NCBI GenBank assembly: GCA_046598345.1
Contig: JBKJIT010000001.1
Coordinates: 1-42,250 of the forward strand
Direction: 5' to 3'
DNA length: 42,250 nt
From: Minisyncoccia bacterium
GTDB lineage: Bacteria > Patescibacteriota > Minisyncoccia > Phycocordibacterales > UBA918
Program-made: the position numbers and the translations under genes
Notes under the pieces: model-generated
Told to the model about the DNA's origin: nothing
The model's input: the letters and a program-made list of their open reading frames with translations, nothing else
Databases searched by the model: none
Shown here: positions 28,492 through 36,989 of the stretch, piece after piece
Layout: the number at the start of each line of letters is the position of its first letter
Numbering within the stretch: the first letter of the stretch is position 1

Positions 28492-29048
28492 TGAATTTAC
28501 TTTCTCCACAAGCAGAAAAGACACTCACGCGCGAATATTGGGTGCGCGTCATTTCGGTATGGGCATTTCTGCTCTCCGGTGCGTGCTTAACGCTTGCGCT
28601 CCTTCTCATCCCCACCTATGTACTCATTCACACACAATTGAGTGTCATCACTAAAGGAATGAGCGAGAGCAGTGAAAAGCAGAAAGAAACAGAGGAGCGA
28701 TTTGCACGCGCTGAAGGGAGTATTCGCGAGGCAAACGAACTCGCCGCTGCCCTCAGGGCGCCTCTTATGAATACGGCGTACTCAGACCTGTATGAAGCTA
28801 TTGCTGAAGCAGGAACAAAAAGTCAGATCAACCTCAAAACATTTATCATGCGCCAAGCAGTGGATGCGTCTACGAAAAACGTAGAGGTGCAAGGAGAAGC
28901 ACGCACACGCACCGAACTCATTTCTTTCAAAACAGAAATCGAACGCTCACCGTATTTTGAAGATGCAGCAATACCGATTTCTGATTTGGCACGAGAAACT
29001 GACCTTCCATTCGTTATGACCATTACCCTTTCACCAACAAACGAATAA
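28488..29048 (+). CDS. PilN-like protein
   Basis: Starts MNLL, one TM helix, coiled coil; follows pilM. Confidence 0.75.
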   Translation: MMNLLSPQAEKTLTREYWVRVISVWAFLLSGACLTLALLLIPTYVLIHTQLSVITKGMSESSEKQKETEERFARAEGSIREANELAAALRAPLMNTAYSDLYEAIAEAGTKSQINLKTFIMRQAVDASTKNVEVQGEARTRTELISFKTEIERSPYFEDAAIPISDLARETDLPFVMTITLSPTNE

Positions 29049-29049
29049 C

Positions 29050-29577
29050 ATGATGCACCGCCGTACAAAAATTATTGCGAGTGTTGCCGGAATTCTCTGC
29101 GGATTAAGTGTGCTCCTTCTCCTTGGATTTGAATACACGTTAAGCGGTAAAAAAGCTGCTCTTCTCAGTGAACAGGAGAAAATATGGGTAGCAAAGCAAA
29201 AAGCAACTCGCCTCTCTTCGCTTGAAAAACTCGCGGCTGAAACTGTAACAGAACGAGAGTCCCTTAAAGAATTCATTCTCACTGACGAAGAAGTGGTGGA
29301 CTTTCTCTCGCTTATCGAGACAATTGCAAAAGAGCAGGGTGTATCAATTAAAACAGGCTCACTTGAGGTGGTGCCACAAAGTGATTTGTTCGAAGAACTT
29401 AAAATGACGCTCGTTGTTGAAGGGTACCGTGCGGGTGTTGTTCATGCGCTTCGTCTTTTTGAGGCGCTCCCGTACCGGGTGTCAGTTGAAAGTGTGGCGC
29501 TCGTACGCAGTGAAGGGATGGAGGCGTGGCAAGGGACGTTTGATTTGAGGGTAACAAAATATAAAAAGAAACCATGA
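29050..29577 (+). CDS. PilO-like protein
   Basis: N-terminal TM helix, coiled coil, G.Y....AL..FE.LPY; operon position. Confidence 0.7.
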   Translation: MMHRRTKIIASVAGILCGLSVLLLLGFEYTLSGKKAALLSEQEKIWVAKQKATRLSSLEKLAAETVTERESLKEFILTDEEVVDFLSLIETIAKEQGVSIKTGSLEVVPQSDLFEELKMTLVVEGYRAGVVHALRLFEALPYRVSVESVALVRSEGMEAWQGTFDLRVTKYKKKP

Positions 29578-29942
29578 GCACTGACATTCGCACACTCTTT
29601 AAAAAGAAACTGAAGCATGAAGCAACCCCACGGGAAAGGGAGATCATTCGTTCCGACCGGGACTGGATGTTTGGCTTAGGTGTAATGGTGATCGTGTTTG
29701 CGTGTGGTGCGGCATATGTTGGATATGATTTTTACAAATACCTTCGATTCGATGTGGAAATAAATAGTGGAAGCGAAGAGGGGATCGTCTATCGAGACAA
29801 GGATGTACGTTTCGTTTTAGAAAAATATAGCGAAAAGGCAAAATTATTTAAGGCGCTACGGGAAAATCGAAGCTATGTCCCACCACCCGTGGTTGTAGAG
29901 GAATTACCTGAACCTCTTGCGGGAGAAGAGGTGTCCGAGTAG
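29574..29942 (+). CDS. Single-pass membrane protein of the pil operon
   Basis: ATGA overlap with the previous gene; one TM helix. Confidence 0.7.
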   Translation: MSTDIRTLFKKKLKHEATPREREIIRSDRDWMFGLGVMVIVFACGAAYVGYDFYKYLRFDVEINSGSEEGIVYRDKDVRFVLEKYSEKAKLFKALRENRSYVPPPVVVEELPEPLAGEEVSE

Positions 29943-29958
29943 AGTGGTGATGCCGAAC

Positions 29959-30216
29959 GCCCCGATAGTTAAAGAGATAATGAAACATACTGGGAGTATG
30001 TTTCATCGGACTTCTAAGCCGTTATGAGAGGCTGAAACAGTTTGGGAAACTGTTTTAGGAGGTTGCCAGATATTTTCTCAGAAATATCGACAACCTGTAC
30101 TGAACTTGTAAAGTTGAACAGTTTGGGAAACTGTTTCAGAAGGTTGTCGATATTTGAGGTCACGATAAATATCATACAACCTGAACAGCGTCTGTAGGAC
30201 GAGATTCCTAATCGAA
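29959..30216 (+). pseudogene. Fragmented copy of tRNA-Arg(TCT) interrupted by hairpin cassettes
   Basis: GCCCCGATAGTTAAA (29959-29973), CGGACTTCTAAGCCGTTAT (30007-30025) and GATTCCTAATCG (~30203-30214) match the intact tRNA in order. Confidence 0.75.
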
Positions 30217-30242
30217 CCGAGATACATTACAATTGTCCAAAT

Positions 30243-30314
30243 GCCCCGATAGTTAAATGGATATAACTGCGGACTTCTAAGCCGTTATTCTAGGTTCGAT
30301 TCCTGGTCGGGGCA
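30243..30314 (+). tRNA. tRNA-Arg(TCT)
   Basis: GCCCCGA/TCGGGGC acceptor, CTTCTAA loop, GGTTCGATTCC. Confidence 0.94.
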
Positions 30315-30362
30315 CATAATGACAAAGGCTCAACTTCACTGTTGAGCCTTTGTCATTAGGTT

Positions 30363-30440
30363 CCAGGAATCGAAGACCTTGAGCAATTGCTGCGAAAGGT
30401 GTACTGAACATGTAATGTTCGATTCCTGGTCGGGGCACCA
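30363..30440 (+). repeat. tRNA-Arg-linked module: antisense T-arm, cassette B, duplicated 3' end with CCA
   Basis: CCAGGAATCGAA-GACCTT...AAGGT-GTACT-GAACA-TGTAA-TGTTC-GATTCCTGGTCGGGGCACCA. Confidence 0.85.
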
Positions 30441-30524
30441 AGACCAAACAAAAATCTATCAGCTTAAAGCTGATAGATTTTTGTTTGAGAAAGTAAATAA
30501 TTTTACTTGCGTGTCTTGGTGCTC

Positions 30525-30616
30525 GTCGGAGACATGTTTCGCTATTTCTAATGTAAAACAGTCGAGACCGGGGAGGAAGTTCTTAAGAGCGTAGTGATTT
30601 AGAAACTTGACCCCGC
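30525..30616 (+). repeat. tRNA-linked cassette A copy 3
   Basis: GGGGAGGAAGTTCTTAAGAGCGTAGTGATTTAGAAACTTGACCCC, with compensatory changes relative to the other copies. Confidence 0.75.
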
Positions 30617-30712
30617 AAAATGCATTCTGATCTTGAGACGTTATCGAGATTTTTCTAAAGAAAATATTCTACACTTGAACCATTTATGTAAGCTTCAATT
30701 GGTGCATTACTT

Positions 30713-31555
30713 CTACTCCCGAATTCTCACGGAAAACGCAGGATCGTCGACATGCAAAAACGCACGTTCGTTAATGTGGTATTTTTCGCGAGCTTCGGGG
30801 AACGTGAGGTCTGTATCGATGAGTCCAAGTTCGTACGCGAGTGCATCAGAGTTTTCAGGGAGGAGTATGCGGAGACTTAAAAATGGAATCCTGTGCGGCG
30901 TAATGGTATTTACGTGCTCAACGATATTTGTCGTACAGGTATTCGTGAGCGTGTTGTAAAACTCGGGAGTGTCTCGGAGCGTATTAGCCCTTGTGAGCAT
31001 ATCGACAAAAAGTGCTGCCGCTTTATCTTTTGAAGCGCGCATGGGGTAGAGGTACACAGGATCTTTTCGGTGGTTAGCTCTTAGTGTAATGAGGTCACGC
31101 TCGTCTCCAATCACATACATGAGCTCATACGCATTAAAAAGCCCTTTCAGCGGGTGATACGTTTCTCCTTTTTCCTTTCGGATCTCGACAGAAATGGCTA
31201 GGAATTCATTGCCTTCGAATTCAAAACTGAGGAACGTGTGGGCGGAGCCGGGCACTCCAGAAAATGGCTCAACCACATACCACACTCGCTTGATTTGATT
31301 AAGGTCGAATGTTTTGTCGTAGTAATTTTCTACGTAACTTGTTGTTGAGGCGTAGGTAAAGTTCCGAATGTTATGCACGGTGACGAGGTTGCCCTCAAAT
31401 TCAGCGTACGGCAATACTTGCTGGTCTCTGTTCCAGTCCCGATCATTTGAAGGAGTGGTGCGGAGTGAAACGATGAGAAAAAGTATGCCCATCACTAGGA
31501 CAATTCCTGTAATTCCATACAAAACCCATTTGAGAACGGAGAGTGCTCGGTGCAT
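30713..31555 (-). CDS. DUF4105 (Lnb N-terminal-like) membrane-anchored protein
   Basis: N-terminal TM helix, PSNDRDW, AHTFLSF, SVEIRKE, FYNTLTNTCTTN. Confidence 0.85.
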   Translation of the reverse strand: MHRALSVLKWVLYGITGIVLVMGILFLIVSLRTTPSNDRDWNRDQQVLPYAEFEGNLVTVHNIRNFTYASTTSYVENYYDKTFDLNQIKRVWYVVEPFSGVPGSAHTFLSFEFEGNEFLAISVEIRKEKGETYHPLKGLFNAYELMYVIGDERDLITLRANHRKDPVYLYPMRASKDKAAALFVDMLTRANTLRDTPEFYNTLTNTCTTNIVEHVNTITPHRIPFLSLRILLPENSDALAYELGLIDTDLTFPEAREKYHINERAFLHVDDPAFSVRIRE

Positions 31556-31593
31556 CCATGTAGTGTAGCAAATTCCTACGCTATACTGTGGGA

Positions 31594-32205
31594 ATGCAGA
31601 AGATCATCTTACTGTGTGTCACCGGACTTCTCCTTATACTTTTTACGTATTTCTTTTTTCGGCCAATGCACATCACTAACTACCCACCAAAGGAAGGCCC
31701 GATTGTCGCATTCGGAGATAGCCTCGTTGAGGGTGTCGGGGCTGGGGAATCAGAAAATTTTGTGTCGCTCCTTTCCCTCAAAATTGGAGAGCCCATCGTC
31801 AACATGGGCGTCTCTGGAAATACGACGCGCGATGGGCTCGCGCGTATTGAGAAAGTAATCGCTCTAAAACCTCGCATTGTGATAGTGCTCCTTGGTGGTA
31901 ACGATGCACTTCGGAGAATTCCTCAGGAAGAAACATTTCAGAATTTGCGTAGCATAATTGCCCGCTTGCAGGGAGAGGGGAGTGTCGTGGTACTTCTCGG
32001 TATTCGGGGTGGCATAATTATTGACGGGTATGATACTCAATTCAAAGCACTTGCCGAGGAAACAGGGTCGGTGTACGTCGAAGATGTACTCTCCGGAATT
32101 TTTGGGAAAAATGAACTCATGGCAGATAGATTGCACCCCAATAAAGAGGGGTATAAAATCATTGCTGATCGCGTGTATGAGGAGATGATTGATATCGTTG
32201 AGTAA
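31594..32205 (+). CDS. SGNH/GDSL arylesterase
   Basis: FGDSL, GVSGNTT, LGGND, DRLHPN. Confidence 0.92.
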   Translation: MQKIILLCVTGLLLILFTYFFFRPMHITNYPPKEGPIVAFGDSLVEGVGAGESENFVSLLSLKIGEPIVNMGVSGNTTRDGLARIEKVIALKPRIVIVLLGGNDALRRIPQEETFQNLRSIIARLQGEGSVVVLLGIRGGIIIDGYDTQFKALAEETGSVYVEDVLSGIFGKNELMADRLHPNKEGYKIIADRVYEEMIDIVE

Positions 32206-32239
32206 CATATTGTAAGAAAAATCAGGCCGCTCTACTTAG

Positions 32240-32334
32240 TGGGCGATGAGGGACTTGAAACTTACAGTTTCAGTTCAGGTTGTATGACAATTTTAGTAAA
32301 TAAAAATTGTCGACAACCTTTTCAAATCCCTGAC
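32240..32334 (-). repeat. tRNA-Val-linked module: antisense T-arm, cassette B, duplicated 3' end
   Basis: Minus strand: AGGGATTTGAA-A-AGGTTG...CAACCT-GAACT-GAAAC-TGTAA-GTTTC-AAGTCCCTCATCGCCCA. Confidence 0.82.
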
Positions 32335-32382
32335 CAAAATACAAAAAACCACCAGAATAGATCTGGCAGTTTTTTGCATTTG

Positions 32383-32455
32383 TGGGCGATGAGGGATTCG
32401 AACCCCCGACCTTCTCAGTGTAAATGAGCTGCTCTACCAACTGAGCTAATCGCCC
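32383..32455 (-). tRNA. tRNA-Val(TAC)
   Basis: GGGCGAT acceptor, TTTACAC loop, GGTTCGAATCC. Confidence 0.95.
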
Positions 32456-32576
32456 GTATGTGCCTGTGTCAGCTTTTCCTTATTTCGAATCTTGGGGAGT
32501 AGCTCGTTTCCAAGTGTAAATGGTTCGACAGTTCCCCAAACTGTCTCACCTCCATCACCAGAGCGTATCGCCCATG

Positions 32577-32680
32577 TATCTCGGCGTCAGGTCACTAATT
32601 CGCCTACGCTCATAAGTGCCTCCTGCCCGGCCTCACGGTTTCGCCATTAAGGTGCAGGCGAAACATCGCTCCGGCTCACA
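32577..32680 (-). repeat. tRNA-linked cassette A copy 4 (upstream of tRNA-Val)
   Basis: Highly similar to 88-189; core GGGCAGGAGGCACTTATGAGCGTAGGCGAATTAGTGACCTGACGCC. Confidence 0.85.
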
Positions 32681-32776
32681 GACGAAATGAAAGTAAAACT
32701 GTCTACTTTCATTCATTCGTCTGTGCGCCCATAGTATCGTTTTTTGAAATTAATTCAATACGCGTATACTAGGCGC

Positions 32777-33049
32777 ATGTTTAGTGAGATTTATTGTATT
32801 GTAAGTGGAAAGGTTCAGCGAGTGGGGTATCGTGATTTTGTTGAGAAGCTTGCTAGAGAATTCCGTCTTACGGGCTGGGTGAAGAATCGTGATGAGGGAA
32901 CAGTCGAACTCGTGCTTCAGGGAATTCCTGACAATTTAAAGGCGGCGGTTGAATTTCTTAATCAAGGCTCTGTGCTTTCTAAGGTAGATAGTATGTCTGT
33001 TGATTGGCGAACACCGAAGGAACAATTTGATACTTTTAAGGTGCTCTAG
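32777..33049 (+). CDS. acyP: Acylphosphatase
   Basis: VSGKVQRVGYR, GWVKN..GTVE. Confidence 0.93.
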   Translation: MFSEIYCIVSGKVQRVGYRDFVEKLAREFRLTGWVKNRDEGTVELVLQGIPDNLKAAVEFLNQGSVLSKVDSMSVDWRTPKEQFDTFKVL

Positions 33050-33083
33050 TATTTAAGTAATGCAATGACTATAAATACTGAGC

Positions 33084-33119
33084 CGTCGTTTATTCTTCTA
33101 CACAGAAGAATAAACGACG
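33084..33119. repeat. Perfect 16 bp inverted repeat
   Basis: CGTCGTTTATTCTTCT-ACAC-AGAAGAATAAACGACG; no U-tract. Confidence 0.7.
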
Positions 33120-33175
33120 AAGGAACTCCAACAGATCACAGCTTTTTATTTTTTTGTAGTTTGATTTAATTAATT

Positions 33176-33865
33176 ATGAATTCTGAAACCATACCCTCGT
33201 GCGTCGGCTTTATCATGGACGGCAACAGGCGTTGGGCGCTGCAGCATGGAGTCGCTACAGCAAAAGGGCATGAGAAAGGATACGAAGCATTGAAACAAAC
33301 TATTGATGCGGTGTACGACGCTGGGATTCCACACATGGTCTGCTACGCCTTTTCGAGTGAAAACTGGAAACGGAGCGAGCAAGAGGTGTCGCATCTCATG
33401 TCTCTCATGGAGTATGCATTTGATGATCTCATACGAACGTTTAAGAAAAGCGAACAGAAGATCGCGGTGCGCTTTATCGGTGAACGGGAACGATTTAGCG
33501 AGCATTTCCAACAAAAGATGGTAGACGTTGAAAAAATCCATAGAGAAGATGCGCTGCTCACAGTATGGATTGCACTTTCGTATGGTGCTCGCACAGAAAT
33601 TGTACAAGCGGTCAATACAGCAGTTCTGCAGGGTGAGCGAGTTGATGAACAGTCGTTTGCTCGTATGCTCATGACTGCCGGAATGCCCGACCCAGACCTC
33701 ATCATTCGCACAAGTGGTGAGAAGCGACTTTCAAATTTTCTCCTCTTTCAGTCTGCATACAGCGAGCTCTTTTTTACTGACACACTTTGGCCAGACTTTG
33801 GAGAAGTTGAATTTAAGGGTATCCTGGACGCATATGGTAAACGCGAACGAAGAAAAGGTGCATGA
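33176..33865 (+). CDS. uppS: Undecaprenyl diphosphate synthase
   Basis: IMDGNRRWA, YAFSSENWKR, DLIIRTSGEKRLSNFL. Confidence 0.97.
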   Translation: MNSETIPSCVGFIMDGNRRWALQHGVATAKGHEKGYEALKQTIDAVYDAGIPHMVCYAFSSENWKRSEQEVSHLMSLMEYAFDDLIRTFKKSEQKIAVRFIGERERFSEHFQQKMVDVEKIHREDALLTVWIALSYGARTEIVQAVNTAVLQGERVDEQSFARMLMTAGMPDPDLIIRTSGEKRLSNFLLFQSAYSELFFTDTLWPDFGEVEFKGILDAYGKRERRKGA

Positions 33866-33954
33866 GATAACGAGCGTAGCGACTATATCGAATGTATGTC
33901 CCGATTTTTTCTCCACTAGAGAAAATCGCTGGACCCTTCAAATAATGAAATAAA

Positions 33955-34698
33955 ATGATTAAAGAAAAATTAGAACCCGAAGTTTTGTATGAGGATGCAA
34001 ATATGCTTGTCATCAGCAAACCAACAGGAATGATGGTGCATGCGGACGGACGAAGGGAGGACAAAACAGTCGTTGACTGGTTCCTTGCTCGCGCGCCAGA
34101 GGCGCGCGAGGTTGGCGAGCCAGGGTTTGCGCAGGACGGGTCACCACTTCTCCGGGCAGGAGTTGTACACCGTCTTGACGAAGATACCTCAGGACTCCTT
34201 GTGCTTGCGAAAACACAGGATGCTTTTCTCCATCTCAAAACACAATTTCAGGAACATCTCATCAAAAAAGAGTATCGTGCGTTTGTGTATGGGACGATGA
34301 AAGAAAAGTGGGGGACTATCAACCGTCTCATCGGTAGAAGTACGAAAGATTTTCGCCTTCGCTCAGCACAACGTGGTGCACGCGGCACACTACGGAGCGC
34401 GATTACCGATTGGGAGCTCATTGGGCAAACTGAGACGCATGCCTATCTGAAGCTTCTCCCTAAAACGGGAAGAACCCACCAGCTCCGGGTCCATATGAAG
34501 GCAATCGGGCGACCGATTGTGAAAGACGACCTCTACGCATCAGAGAATCTTCTTCTCGGAAACAACCTCGGATTCACACGGCTCGCACTCCATGCGTACA
34601 GTCTCAAGTTCATGGGTATCGACGGGATCGATCGGCACATTATTGCCCCCATACCCCCCGATTTTGAAGCGGCAGAGACGACTCTTGCGACTCCGTAA
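33955..34698 (+). CDS. RluA/RluD family pseudouridine synthase
   Basis: KPTG, VHRLDEDTSG, TGRTHQLRVH, LHA. Confidence 0.95.
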   Translation: MIKEKLEPEVLYEDANMLVISKPTGMMVHADGRREDKTVVDWFLARAPEAREVGEPGFAQDGSPLLRAGVVHRLDEDTSGLLVLAKTQDAFLHLKTQFQEHLIKKEYRAFVYGTMKEKWGTINRLIGRSTKDFRLRSAQRGARGTLRSAITDWELIGQTETHAYLKLLPKTGRTHQLRVHMKAIGRPIVKDDLYASENLLLGNNLGFTRLALHAYSLKFMGIDGIDRHIIAPIPPDFEAAETTLATP

Positions 34699-34775
34699 TT
34701 GCTGTGTTAAAGTACAGCACGCTTTTAAGGACTATTTCAATAATGATTCTAAGAGCCCTTTAGTTTTACTATTCT

Positions 34776-35339
34776 ATGAATACAGCACAGAGTGGAGTAA
34801 TCATTTCTCCCGTCAATATGGAAGATCGCAAGAACCTTGGCGTTAGAGCTGGGGATACTGTGCGTGTCCACCAAAAAATTAAGGACAAGGAAAAAACACG
34901 TCTCCAGGTGTTTGAAGGACTCGTACTTGGACGAAAGCACGGCAATGAAGCAGGTGCGACCTTTACCGTTCGTAAGGTTGTAGATGGAATTGGTGTAGAA
35001 AAAATCTTCCCACTCTATTCACCCCTTATCGATAAAATCGAAATTGTGAAGCGAAGTAAGGTACGAAGCGCAAAGCTTTACTACATTCGTGAGAAAGTAG
35101 CACGTGAAATTAAACGACAAATGCGTCGTATGCGACTCATGAGCCTATCGTCTGAATCTGAAACGGAGATGAAGCTCCGCGCAGAAGAGGAAGCAAAGGC
35201 AGAAGCAGCTCGTGTCGCGCAAGCTGAAGCAGACGCAAAGGCTGTTGCGGAAGCGATGAAAGCTGCAGAAGCAGAAAAAGCTGCTCAAGAAACTCCAGAA
35301 GTAACGACGGAACCAGTTGCAGAAGAAGTAAAGAATTAA
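34776..35339 (+). CDS. rplS: 50S ribosomal protein L19 with Ala/Glu-rich tail
   Basis: [39 protein letters not shown]. Confidence 0.97.
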   Translation: MNTAQSGVIISPVNMEDRKNLGVRAGDTVRVHQKIKDKEKTRLQVFEGLVLGRKHGNEAGATFTVRKVVDGIGVEKIFPLYSPLIDKIEIVKRSKVRSAKLYYIREKVAREIKRQMRRMRLMSLSSESETEMKLRAEEEAKAEAARVAQAEADAKAVAEAMKAAEAEKAAQETPEVTTEPVAEEVKN

Positions 35340-35340
35340 C

Positions 35341-35370
35341 AAAAAAACCGGCCTGTCGGCCGGTTTTTTT
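35341..35370 (+). terminator. Bidirectional intrinsic terminator
   Basis: A7-CCGGCC-TGTC-GGCCGG-T7. Confidence 0.85.
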
Positions 35371-35432
35371 GTTCTGTAAGTTTGCAAAACAACTAAAAAT
35401 CCTTAGAATGAGTGGGCTTTAAAAGAGCACAT

Positions 35433-35514
35433 GCCCAGGTGGTGAAATTGGTATACACGTATGCTTGAGGTGCATATGCCGCAAGGTGTGGAGGTTCAAG
35501 TCCTCTCCTGGGCA
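35433..35514 (+). tRNA. tRNA-Leu(GAG)
   Basis: GCCCAGG acceptor, TATGC-TTGAGGT-GCATA anticodon arm, variable arm, GGTTCAAGTCC. Confidence 0.95.
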
Positions 35515-35559
35515 CAGTCGCTGAAAAACCCCGCAAGGGGCTTTTTCTTTGCGCGACTA

Positions 35560-35660
35560 TGCCCAGGAGAGGACTTGAAGAGTTTGAGTGTATCGCACGG
35601 AGCGAAGCGAGTACGATACGAAACCTGTACCGGTCCAATAGGGACCAAGACTTCTTTCCA
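35560..35660 (+). repeat. tRNA-Leu-linked module: perfect 20 nt antisense of the tRNA 3' end plus cassette B variant
   Basis: TGCCCAGGAGAGGACTTGAA is the reverse complement of 35495-35514; followed by GTATCG..GAGCGAAGCGA..CGATAC..GTACC-GGTCC/GGACC. Confidence 0.85.
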
Positions 35661-35684
35661 AGCTATTGAACCATTACGGAGGTA

Positions 35685-35715
35685 TTGACAATATTCAATA
35701 AAGTTGTATTATTAT
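35685..35715 (+). promoter_or_regulatory. Sigma70-like promoter
   Basis: TTGACA at 35685 and TATTAT at 35707/35710. Confidence 0.55.
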
Positions 35716-35772
35716 CCACAGTAAACACTAGCTCAACCAGTCAGCCCACGGGGGCTACATCAACTTAAGGAA

Positions 35773-36279
35773 ATGATCATGCCGGATGGAAGCACAATAA
35801 GTACTTCACCTCTTGTGAAAGAGGTGACAGAGGAGTACTTGCGTTTATTGGAGCGCGGATCTCAGCGCTTAAACAATGAGCCTCTAAATCCACGGGAGAA
35901 AGGGGCGTTTGTACGCTTTATCACGACGCTGTGTGCAAGCCTGGTCTCGAGGGAGGGCCAAACGGTGATCGCGCAGTTTGCATGTCCGGTTTACTCCGGT
36001 GTTCCACTGGGTGCACTTCCACGTACTTGGTATGTGTGTGCCAAAAACAGGCAACACCGTCGTGGCGGGAGACACAGCGGTAGCGACATTGAATATTGCT
36101 TGTGCTTAGATGGCACCACAACCTTGTATTCATCGCGTGAAGGAGTCGTAGCATCACGGAATATTCCCGTGATGACCGCAGATTTGCCAATTCTCGTGAA
36201 GGGGATCCTTGAGTTGCCTGAAGGAAGCACGAGGTTGAGACCTCTATTCGATAAACTTGAAAAGGCAGCCGGGAAGTAG
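35773..36279 (+). CDS. Hypothetical protein
   Basis: TAAGGA RBS, upstream promoter, downstream terminator. Confidence 0.7.
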   Translation: MIMPDGSTISTSPLVKEVTEEYLRLLERGSQRLNNEPLNPREKGAFVRFITTLCASLVSREGQTVIAQFACPVYSGVPLGALPRTWYVCAKNRQHRRGGRHSGSDIEYCLCLDGTTTLYSSREGVVASRNIPVMTADLPILVKGILELPEGSTRLRPLFDKLEKAAGK

Positions 36280-36284
36280 AAAGG

Positions 36285-36317
36285 AAACAGCCGTCGCCAA
36301 AAGCGACGGCTGTGTTT
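36285..36317 (+). terminator. Intrinsic terminator
   Basis: ACAGCCGTCGC-CAAAA-GCGACGGCTGT-GTTT. Confidence 0.7.
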
Positions 36318-36386
36318 GTACTTTCGCACGGCTTTAGCCTGTCTGAAGCTTTTTCTTAATTTGAGAAAATCTGTATACTGTCTCGC

Positions 36387-36833
36387 ATGCATCAACGTTG
36401 TAGAGTTCGCTGTCGCGCCATAATAATTCACGAAGGAAAACTTCTTGTGGTTAAGAATTCAAGAGGAAGCGAGTACTATGCGCTCCCCGGAGGGCATCTG
36501 GATCCGGGTGAAACTCCAGAAGAATGCATGGTACGAGAAATTGTGGAGGAGATTGGCATAACCCCAGTTATTAAAAGTCTCCTGTATGTATACACCTTCA
36601 CTGATAGAGGGGGAGAGACATCAGTTGAATTTTTCTTTGAGGCACAAAACGGTAGCGATTTTATTTCGCACGAAAAACAAGTAGGGACGCACGCACATGA
36701 ACTTTCTGAAGTTAGGTGGATAAAAAAAACGGATGAGGTACTGCTTCTTCCCGAGGAAATACATGCACATTTTAAAAATGGAAATTTTCCAGATTTAGAA
36801 CTGAAATTTCTCAAAGGGGAATCTCGACAATAA
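36387..36833 (+). CDS. NUDIX hydrolase
   Basis: Nudix box PGGHLDPGETPEECMVREIVEEIGI. Confidence 0.93.
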   Translation: MHQRCRVRCRAIIIHEGKLLVVKNSRGSEYYALPGGHLDPGETPEECMVREIVEEIGITPVIKSLLYVYTFTDRGGETSVEFFFEAQNGSDFISHEKQVGTHAHELSEVRWIKKTDEVLLLPEEIHAHFKNGNFPDLELKFLKGESRQ

Positions 36834-36867
36834 CAAGGAAAACAGCTATAAATACGACGACCGATAT

Positions 36868-36940
36868 GGTGCCTATAGTGTAATGGTTAGCACTAGAGCT
36901 TGTGGAGCTCTCTGTCAGGGTTCGAGTCCCTGTAGGCACC
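36868..36940 (+). tRNA. tRNA-His(GTG)
   Basis: G-1 plus GTGCCTA/TAGGCAC acceptor, AGAGC-TTGTGGA-GCTCT anticodon arm, GGTTCGAGTCC. Confidence 0.95.
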
Positions 36941-36989
36941 CAAATGCAAAAATACCTGGGTTTTCCCGGGTGTTTTTGTATTTAGGTCT

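Noticed and set aside
29959-30216. tRNA with a group I intron
   Set aside because: The inserts are outside the anticodon loop, are short, lack P7-type core motifs, and the 3' acceptor strand is degenerate.
30375-30420. Cassette B as a hammerhead or HDV-like (theta) ribozyme
   Set aside because: No CUGANGA/GAAA core and no nested double pseudoknot recognisable by eye. Not called, though not excluded without a model search.
29959-30620. Possible CRISPR array (repeated AACAGTTTGGGAAACTGTT)
   Set aside because: Only two copies, the intervening sequences are similar to each other, and no cas genes are present.
35140-35339. Ala/Glu/Lys-rich tail of L19 as a novel domain
   Set aside because: It is a low-complexity extension of a kind common on ribosomal proteins, with no further signal.
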